Below are positions 56,933 to 64,000 of a stretch of 64,000 nucleotides of DNA, piece by piece (the stretch's first letter is position 1; every line of letters starts with the position of its first letter). The DNA is taken from the NCBI GenBank assembly GCA_029974835.1, contig JARKQN010000089.1, forward strand, positions 4,499-68,498, written 5' to 3'. Both the position numbers and the translations under genes were made by a program. Under the pieces are notes generated by a model. That model was not told the DNA's origin. It was given only the letters and a program-made list of their open reading frames with translations, and made no database searches. The DNA is from Bacteroidales bacterium (GTDB taxonomy: Bacteria > Bacteroidota > Bacteroidia > Bacteroidales > VadinHA17).

Positions 56933-57499
56933 ATGGCACGCATTAACGCTCAGACAGGCGATGAAATCCTTGCAGCCAGGATAAGGCAAAACGACAAAGA
57001 GGCCTTCAGGATTCTGTATAACCGGTATAGTGACCGGATCTATCGCTTTTCCTTAAAGCATACCGGCAATGCCGATGAAGCCCGTGACGTTGTTCAAACG
57101 GTTTTTATAAACATATGGGAACACCGGACTAATCTCAATCCTGACGGGCAGTTAAAAAGCTATATATACCGGATTACGGTCAACATTTTAATTAATTACT
57201 TCAAAAAAAGATCTCAGCGTTTCAGGGTTATTGAGAGCATGAAGAAGAACGACCCGTCGGTTGCAGACATGACCTATGAACAGATTTTTTTTAAAGATCT
57301 TGAAAAGGCAATAGCAGAAATTGTAAAAACACTGCCGCCGGAAAGGCAGCGGATTTTTAACATGAGCCGCAACGACGGACTGTCGCATAAGGAAATAGCA
57401 GAGAGGCTTGATGTATCAGTCCGTACAGTAGAAAACCAGGTTTATCGTGCCGTGAAAGAGATCAGACTGATATTGAAACAGAGATACCTTTTTTATTAA
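56933..57499 (+). CDS. ECF-type RNA polymerase sigma-70 factor
   Basis: 188 aa with region 2 (YRFSLKHTGNADEARDVVQTVFINIWE) and the region 4 HTH (LSHKEIAERLDVSVRTVENQVYRAVKEIR). Confidence 0.9.
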   Translation: MARINAQTGDEILAARIRQNDKEAFRILYNRYSDRIYRFSLKHTGNADEARDVVQTVFINIWEHRTNLNPDGQLKSYIYRITVNILINYFKKRSQRFRVIESMKKNDPSVADMTYEQIFFKDLEKAIAEIVKTLPPERQRIFNMSRNDGLSHKEIAERLDVSVRTVENQVYRAVKEIRLILKQRYLFY

Positions 57500-57626
57500 A
57501 CCCACACCATCAGCCTGAAAAAATACTGCGGGTTGAGTCATTTCAGAAAAAATTTTTTCTAAACAGTGAGTAGACAAGGGCTGCTCATTGTATTAGGATA
57601 TATTGTTTAACAAATAAAACCATTAA

Positions 57627-58775
57627 ATGAAATCTGAATTATCTGCGGAGCTTGATTATCTCATAACAAGATATCTTGAAAAGAAATGTACGGATGAGGA
57701 GAAAATCAGGCTCTATAATCTTCTTGGCGACATTCATTTTGATTATATATCAAAGAGAGAATTGTTGTCGGATCTCAACGGCATGAAGCATGACGGGAGT
57801 GAAAATTACCGGGCCGGCCTGGATGAGATTTACAAAAGCATTGAAACTGAAATTGCATTACGGGAAATCAGGGCCGGCGAATCAGGTATCCGGACGTTAA
57901 GCAGGAAAACAAGACAAATCATTGTCAGAAGTATGGCTGCCGCCGCAATTGTTCTTGTTGCTTTTTTCACCGGGACATTGGTTACCAGGCAGAATGACCT
58001 TAAAAACGCGAATCAAACCACAGATCCGGATTCATATACAATGATTAAGGCGCCCCTCGGCTCGAAGTCGGAAATTACATTGGGGGATGGTACGGAAATA
58101 ATCCTTAATGCAGGGAGTTCGGTTACATATAACAACAGTTACAGCATAACCAACAGGGACCTTGTCCTCGAAGGGGAAGCATATTTCAGGGTCGCCGGAA
58201 ATAAAACAATTCCTCTGATAGTCTATGCCGGCAACCTTAATATCAGGGCAACAGGTACAGAATTCAATGTCAAGGCCTATACTGAGGATGGAATTATTGA
58301 AACGACACTGATCGAAGGAGAAGTCGAAATATCGCAGAAGAGCGACAGGAACAAGGAAAATGTGCTAGTATTGAAACCGAACCAGAAAGCTATCTATGCC
58401 CGGCAGGACGACCAGCTGACCCTGGAAAGAAAAAAAGAGATGGAACCCCAGACAATAGCGGATGCAAAAAGCGTCGCCGGCAACATGATGGTTTCATTAA
58501 AAACTGATGTTGAACAGGTGACCGCCTGGACTAAAAACAGGCTTATAATTAGAAGTGAAAATCTGGAAAGCCTGTGTACAAAACTTCAGCGCAAGTATAA
58601 TGTGACCTTTGTTTTCCGGGATGAGGAAATAAAAAAACACCGGTTCTCCGGCATACTCCTGGATGAAACCTTCAGCCAGGTAATGGATGTGATAATGCTT
58701 ACTGCACCTGTAACTTACAAGATGGACGGAAGAACAGTGTACCTTTTTGCACGAAACAGAGAAGAAAAACTATAA
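57627..58775 (+). CDS. FecR-family anti-sigma factor
   Basis: 382 aa with a single central TM segment (AAAAIVLVAFFTGTLV). A FecR-like periplasmic domain is present (LGDGTEIILNAGSSVTY...GEAYFRV). It lies between the ECF sigma and the STN-SusC. Confidence 0.88.
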   Translation: MKSELSAELDYLITRYLEKKCTDEEKIRLYNLLGDIHFDYISKRELLSDLNGMKHDGSENYRAGLDEIYKSIETEIALREIRAGESGIRTLSRKTRQIIVRSMAAAAIVLVAFFTGTLVTRQNDLKNANQTTDPDSYTMIKAPLGSKSEITLGDGTEIILNAGSSVTYNNSYSITNRDLVLEGEAYFRVAGNKTIPLIVYAGNLNIRATGTEFNVKAYTEDGIIETTLIEGEVEISQKSDRNKENVLVLKPNQKAIYARQDDQLTLERKKEMEPQTIADAKSVAGNMMVSLKTDVEQVTAWTKNRLIIRSENLESLCTKLQRKYNVTFVFRDEEIKKHRFSGILLDETFSQVMDVIMLTAPVTYKMDGRTVYLFARNREEKL

Positions 58776-58953
58776 AGAAAATAACCCTAAGTCTAACCTG
58801 ATTAAATTCTTTGCCTATGAAACAAAACGAGTGAAAAAACAGGGGGAAACAGTTCGCGGCCGTTTTCCCCCAAAATGAAGTCAAAGTTACCTGCAATCAA
58901 TTCCCCCGTAAGGGATTAATTATGTTTAACTCTAACTAACATCGCACAAAACT

Positions 58954-61900
58954 ATGGAAAAAAAACTGGTTTCTTATTTTTCCTTATGGAAAAAATGTAA
59001 AATCCTCTTAATCATGAAACTTTCAGCCATTTTAATGGTAGTTTTCACGCTTAATCTGACAGCGACGGGATTTGGCCAGTTCTCCTTCAAAGCTGAAGGA
59101 AAAACTGTCAGGGAAATCTTAGACATCATTGAACAGGGAAGCAACTACCGCTTCTTTTACAATGATGAGTTTGAGTCGGCCGGTAAAATAATGGACCTGG
59201 AAGTAAAGAACAAAAATATTAACCAGGTTCTCGACAGGATACTGGAATCGACTGATTATAAATATAAGGTGTTCGAGAACAACCTTATCGTTATTTCGCT
59301 TAAGGACGAGCTGCGGGCCCGGACCGACCTCCAGCAGAATATTGTAAGGGGAGTGGTTACGGATGAAGAAGGCAAGCCTCTCCCCGGTGTTTCTGTTGTC
59401 ATAAAAGGAACAACCCGCGGGACAACTTCAGATGTCAACGGTAATTATGTTCTTGAAGGAGTGACACCGGAGTCGGTTATTATAATCTCATTTATCGGAT
59501 TCCAGACACAGGAGATTCTGGTTGGCAACAGGGCGCAGATAAATGTTACGCTCAAACAGATGGTAACTGTGCTTGACGAAATTGTCGTGGTGGGTTACGG
59601 AACCGTAAAGAGAAGGGATCTTACCGGGTCAGTTTCATCGGTAAGGGCACAGGATCTTATTGCAACAGCCCCCACTACCATTCAGAAAGCTCTTCAGGGT
59701 AAGACAGCAGGCGTTCTTATTGCTTCAGGAAACCTTGTAAACTCAGGTACAACGATCAGGGTCAGAGGTAACCGTTCTGTGACGGCTACAAACGACCCCC
59801 TGTTTGTAATTGACGGAATACCCTCAACAGGGGGAATGGAAACAATAAACCCGACCGATGTGGAGTCGATAGAGATACTCAAGGATGCCTCGGCAACAGC
59901 CATATACGGTTCCCGTGGTGCCAACGGTGTGATTCTGGTCACAACAAAGAAAGGAGAGGCCGGGAAAGTAGCCGTTGATTATGATTCCTACTTCAGCGTA
60001 GGCTACATGGACCGTTTCCGCAGGGTGTTCAATGTTGCCGAGTACACCGACTATGTAAGGGAAGGCGGCAGGAAGTATATTTACGACGGCAACGGTGGAT
60101 GGCAGCTTGATCCGACAAGCGTATATTCCTCACTTAAGCCCGACTATGTTGAAGACCTTGCCATGACTTATTTTTCAAACGATCCTTATGTTCTGGAGTC
60201 ACTGAAACGCGGCTGGACAATTACACCTACCGACACAATCTGGAATCCGGCCAATCTGAGAGGATTTGACTGGCAGATGGCCGGCTACCGCAACAATGCA
60301 ACCTCAACAAATCACTCAATAAGTATAAGAGGCGGATCTGAAAACACAAAGGTCTATGTTTCCGGTTCCTACATGGATCTCCGCGATATACAGTTGCAGT
60401 CGCACAGGAAAAGATATACTCTCAGGTTAAATCTTGACCAGAACCTTGGCAAGAAAATGACAATGGGTGGAAATATCAACTTCGGATATGTTGACTGGCT
60501 GAACGGAAAAGGGATTTCATCAATTTTCAATCCTCTTGGTAATCCGTTTTACTCTCCTGATAATGACGTGACAAAAGACGGAGACCGGAAATATGGTATT
60601 ATTCCCAATCCGGCCGGGGAACCTCTTGCCACCAATCCGTTTTTTGACCTGGATGGTATTAAGGACAACAACAGAAACCAGAGGCTGCTGACGAACCTTT
60701 ATCTGACGATTAACCTTATCAAGGGCTTATCGTACAGGGCCAACTTTGGTTACAATATGAACGTCACTCAAAACCAGCATTTTGCCAGCAAATATTCAAC
60801 CGAGACAAATCTCGGCAACCCGGTCGCCTACCAGAATTTTGCCTTTGATCATGGCTGGACCTTCGAGAACATTCTTAACTATAACACTTCATTCAAGGAA
60901 CACACAATAGGTATAACCGCTGTTCAGACCAATGAAAAGTTCATTCAGGAACCGGTACGTGCCACAGGTAGTTCGCTTCCGATGGAAACGCAGCTATGGT
61001 ATGACCTCGGGGCGGCTTCCACACAGGCTGTTACCAGCAGCTATACGCAGTGGACCATGATGTCATGGCTGGGGCGTGTCAATTATTCATTCAGGGACAG
61101 ATATCTTCTGACTGCGTCAATCAGGTATGACGGATCATCGCGTCTTGCGGAAGGTCATAAATGGGTGGCATTCCCTTCGGCAGCACTGGCCTGACGTATT
61201 TCCGAGGAGAGTTTCATGAAAGGAATCAGTGTAATCGACAACATGAAGCTTCGCATAGGATATGGAATAACCGGAAACTCTGCGGTTGCTCCTTACAGTA
61301 CAGTCGGTACAATTACCTCGAGCCGTTACAACTGGGATAAAACAGCGGGAGTGATGGGTTATGCACCAAGTTCCCTCTCAAACCCCGGTTTGTCATGGGA
61401 AAAAACAGCCCAGTACAATGGTGGAATTGATTTCGGCATTCTCAAGGGACGCATTTCCGGATCTGTTGATGTGTACTGGCAGAAAACTTCCGACCTGCTT
61501 ATGACCAGGTCCCTCCCGACCGTGTCCGGCTTCAGTTCAATTGTTCAGAATGTCGGCGCAACAGAAAACAAGGGTTTGGAAGTAAGCCTTAATACTGTTA
61601 ATATCAGCACAAGTAAAATCTACTGGACAACCGATGTTACATTTTCAACCAACAAGGAGAAAGTGTCAAAACTTGCCACAGGATTACCCCAGGACCTCGT
61701 GAACAACTGGTTTGTTGGTTATCCGATCGACACATACTATGGGTATATCGCTTATCCTAGAGTGTGGGGATGCTCCAAGGAAGACATGGAGGAAATGGCA
61801 AAATTCAATGCAAACGGCACGAATTATAAACCCGGAGAGATCAGGCTTCAGGACCTCAACGGCGACTACAAGATCACTGATGTAGACCGCAAGATTATCG

Positions 61901-62397
61901 GGTCAAGGATGCCTAAATGGTCAATGAGCATGGCGAACAACTTCAAATACGGACCGTTTGACCTTTACGTTTTCTTCCACGGATCGTTTGGCCAGATGAT
62001 ATACTGGAACCCCGGGATTCAGATAATCGGCAGATATAACAGCATCAAGAACAATTACTGGACACCTACGAACCAGAATACCAAATATCTGAAACCGCAG
62101 CTGGATATCCAGATGCCATCCAATGTTTCTGCCATGTACTACTGGGACGGTGACTTCCTGAAGATTACCGACATCACGCTTGGATACACCCTGCCGGCCA
62201 ATGTAACTGAAAAAGTTACCATCAAGAGGGCACGGGTGTATGTGAAGGTTCAGAATCCGTATATGTGGACAAAATTTGAAGGTATTGATCCTGAAGGAGC
62301 CCTGGCTCAGACACGTTCGGGAGGCACTATCTCCACATATAATGATGCACCATTTACGATGAGAACCTATATGTTCGGATTAAATGTAACTTTCTAA
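58954..62397 (+). pseudogene. SusC/RagA-type TonB-dependent transducer with N-terminal STN signalling domain, interrupted by a single in-frame TGA (61192-61194)
   Basis: ORFs 58954-61194 and 61216-62397 are in the same frame. Joined, they give about 1147 aa with an STN domain, a CarbopepD_reg-like domain, a plug (DEIVVVGYGTVKRRDLTGS; ILKDASATAIYGSRGANGVILVTTK) and a barrel ending NVTF. The TGA replaces the Trp of the conserved FPSxxLAW-R(I/V)S-E-SFM motif. Compare FPSASLAWRVSDESFM in the SusC at 20022. Confidence 0.85.
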
Positions 62398-62408
62398 AAG
62401 GTATTCCT

Positions 62409-64000
62409 ATGAAAATCAAGATATTTAACAAAATTTTGATAACAGCAGTATTAACATCATTCTGCCTGTCATGCTCCGATTTCCTGGAGGAAAAATCCTA
62501 CAACGCTGACTATACATATTACAATACAACTGCCGGACTGAATGCTCTGGTTGCAGCAAGCTATCAGCAGACACGCTGGTGCGCAAACTCAGAGACAATG
62601 TACGCTCTTGAAGACCTCGGCACGGATATATGGATGGTAAGCGGGGACGGTTCTCATCGCGATGCTTTCGGCCAGTTTCTTTCCAACGCAATGGCTCCTC
62701 AAAACGGACTGCTTGCCAGTTTCTGGAATAATAATTATAGTGGTATAGCTTCCTGCAACCTGGGGCTAAAGATGATTGAGAGCAACACCGACATGGCTCC
62801 GGCCACAAAAGCAGTGCGTAAGGGTGAACTGCTGTTTCTGCGTGCATATTATTACTACGAACTTGTGGTTCAGTTTGGTGATATTCCCATTGTTACTGCC
62901 CCGCTGGATTATCCCAAAACAGATTTTGTCCGCGTACCCCAGAAACAGGTATGGGCTCAGATAATTTCTGATGCCCGACAGGCATGGGACCTTCTGCCAT
63001 GGGCCGATGTCAACGGGAAAGTGACCGGTGATTACGGCCGTGCATCTAAAGGTTCGGCAGGCCACCTGCTGGCAAAGGCTTATATGTTCAGGTATTGCGA
63101 TACCTATACCAAGAGCCAGTCGGATGCTAACATGAATGAGGACAGGGGAGGAAAGACAACCGATATAGATTCTGTTATTTATTTCGCCAGCCAGGTCTGC
63201 AAATTCGGTCCGGGGGCTACCAGTCAGAGCAATCACGCACTTGCTGCAAATTATTCAACACTCTGGGGGTGGAATCCCAAAACCGGACTGACTGCTGAAT
63301 ACATGGGGCCGGAGGTAGTATTTTCCATCAATTATTCCACTACCATGTTTTACAACAATACCACGGCAACAAACGTTAATGGCGGCAATCAGCTGCATCT
63401 GTATTACACAGGGCAGCTTGAAAATTATCCTCTGACCACCAAGCTCGAATCCGGGACATCCGTTATCCACGGAAGCAATGTCGGAGTTGTGCGCGACCTT
63501 ATTACAGGTCGCCCGTGGAGGAGAGTAGCACCGACGCCGTATTATTATTCCGAAACCGGCCTTTATGCCGCTAAAAATTATGCCACAGGCAAGTTAGGCA
63601 AGCTGATTGATTCCAGGCTTTATAAGTCGCATGTCTGGGTAGAATACTGCAACAGTGCCAACCGTAATTACCAGTGGGCCGCCTTTTCAAATGCTGCCGG
63701 ATCATTCGACCCTGCAGATATTGGTATGGTTGCCGGAACCCAGAAATATAATGTGGGAGACACTGCAATGCTCCTGACAATAGAAGATGTAAGCCAGCGG
63801 CCCGGACCCGGAACCAAGGCAGAAAAACTGGCTCTTGCCCGTGCTAAGGAAAAATACTGGCTGGTACCGATGCAATCGGTTAAGGTGCCATACACAAGAG
63901 CTGAAGTGTCAGGTTTCGACGTATGCACAAACAGCTTCCCTCCTCTGGCTAAATACCTCGATAACCGAAGGGCAGCCACCAATGACCAGGGAAGTTTCAG
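62409..64000 (+). CDS. SusD/RagB-family nutrient-binding lipoprotein, N-terminal ~530 aa (open at window end)
   Basis: My own translation from the ATG at 62409 gives MKIKIFNKILITAVLTSFCLSCSDFLEEKSYNADYTYYNTTAGLNALVAASYQQTRW...GELLFLRAYYYYELVVQFGDIPIV... The frame stays open to position 64000. The lipobox is LSC. It is absent from the ORF track because it has no stop in the window. Confidence 0.88.
   Translation, partial: MKIKIFNKILITAVLTSFCLSCSDFLEEKSYNADYTYYNTTAGLNALVAASYQQTRWCANSETMYALEDLGTDIWMVSGDGSHRDAFGQFLSNAMAPQNGLLASFWNNNYSGIASCNLGLKMIESNTDMAPATKAVRKGELLFLRAYYYYELVVQFGDIPIVTAPLDYPKTDFVRVPQKQVWAQIISDARQAWDLLPWADVNGKVTGDYGRASKGSAGHLLAKAYMFRYCDTYTKSQSDANMNEDRGGKTTDIDSVIYFASQVCKFGPGATSQSNHALAANYSTLWGWNPKTGLTAEYMGPEVVFSINYSTTMFYNNTTATNVNGGNQLHLYYTGQLENYPLTTKLESGTSVIHGSNVGVVRDLITGRPWRRVAPTPYYYSETGLYAAKNYATGKLGKLIDSRLYKSHVWVEYCNSANRNYQWAAFSNAAGSFDPADIGMVAGTQKYNVGDTAMLLTIEDVSQRPGPGTKAEKLALARAKEKYWLVPMQSVKVPYTRAEVSGFDVCTNSFPPLAKYLDNRRAATNDQGSF

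Noticed and set aside
58842-58911. Hairpin GGGGGAAA...TTTTCCCCC (58842-58871) followed by GTTAC-N16-CGTAA (58886-58911), between fecR and the STN-susC. I considered this as a terminator plus an ECF-dependent promoter.
   Set aside because: The hairpin has a bulge and no T-tract. The putative -35/-10 elements share only AC and CGT with generic ECF consensus. It is plausible but unsupported from sequence alone.
61192-61194. The idea that the organism reads TGA as Trp genome-wide (code 4/25-like).
   Set aside because: TGA terminates genes at the expected protein ends elsewhere in the window (rpiB 3735-3737, directly followed by the next ATG, and nfo 9037-9039). Homologous proteins show no other in-frame TGA.
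1-64000. A by-eye search of the whole window for CRISPR arrays, tRNA/rRNA genes, transposases, integrases, toxin-antitoxin pairs or defence-island genes.
   Set aside because: I found no spaced direct repeats, no cloverleaf-like GC-rich segments in the intergenic regions, and no ORF with recombinase, transposase or nuclease-defence motifs. The only DNA repeats seen are the short regulatory-scale ones reported above.

Overview
This is a chromosomal segment from a Bacteroidota-type genome. The evidence is three SusC/SusD pairs, a hybrid two-component AraC-type regulator, an ECF sigma/FecR/STN-SusC signalling module, TAnnTTTG-like promoter boxes and AT-rich intergenic DNA. Positions 1-14966 hold mostly housekeeping genes: ruvB (partial), a MORN-repeat protein, nadA, rpiB plus an Rrf2 regulator, hemW, a PurF-like gene, nfo, patatin, YciI, a redoxin, a GT2 plus TMTC-like GT-C pair, and a BNR lipoprotein. 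Positions 15069-26771 look like a xylan/arabinoxylan utilisation cluster with GH10, an IlvD/Edd dehydratase, a CE1-like esterase, SusC/SusD and a beta-helix protein. Positions 26841-48510 carry 16 co-oriented minus-strand genes with a SusC/SusD pair but no glycoside hydrolase or lyase I can recognise. This block instead encodes exported cupin, lactonase, enolase-superfamily, RraA-like and DUF362 proteins. It also encodes a cytoplasmic PfkB kinase, DapA-type aldolase, 2-hydroxyacid dehydrogenase, transaldolase-like protein, split transketolase and RpiB-like isomerase, plus a BASS-type membrane transporter. A divergently transcribed HTCS regulator lies at 48791-52792. I consider this block the most likely undescribed system in the window. 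Positions 52813-64000 contain GH51, a CBM9-like protein, an orphan sensor-type beta-propeller, an ECF sigma, an anti-sigma, and an STN-SusC interrupted by one in-frame TGA at a conserved Trp codon, followed by a partial SusD. By eye I found no rRNA, tRNA, CRISPR array, transposase or integrase. All product calls come from motif recognition in the supplied or self-made translations; no database search was run.
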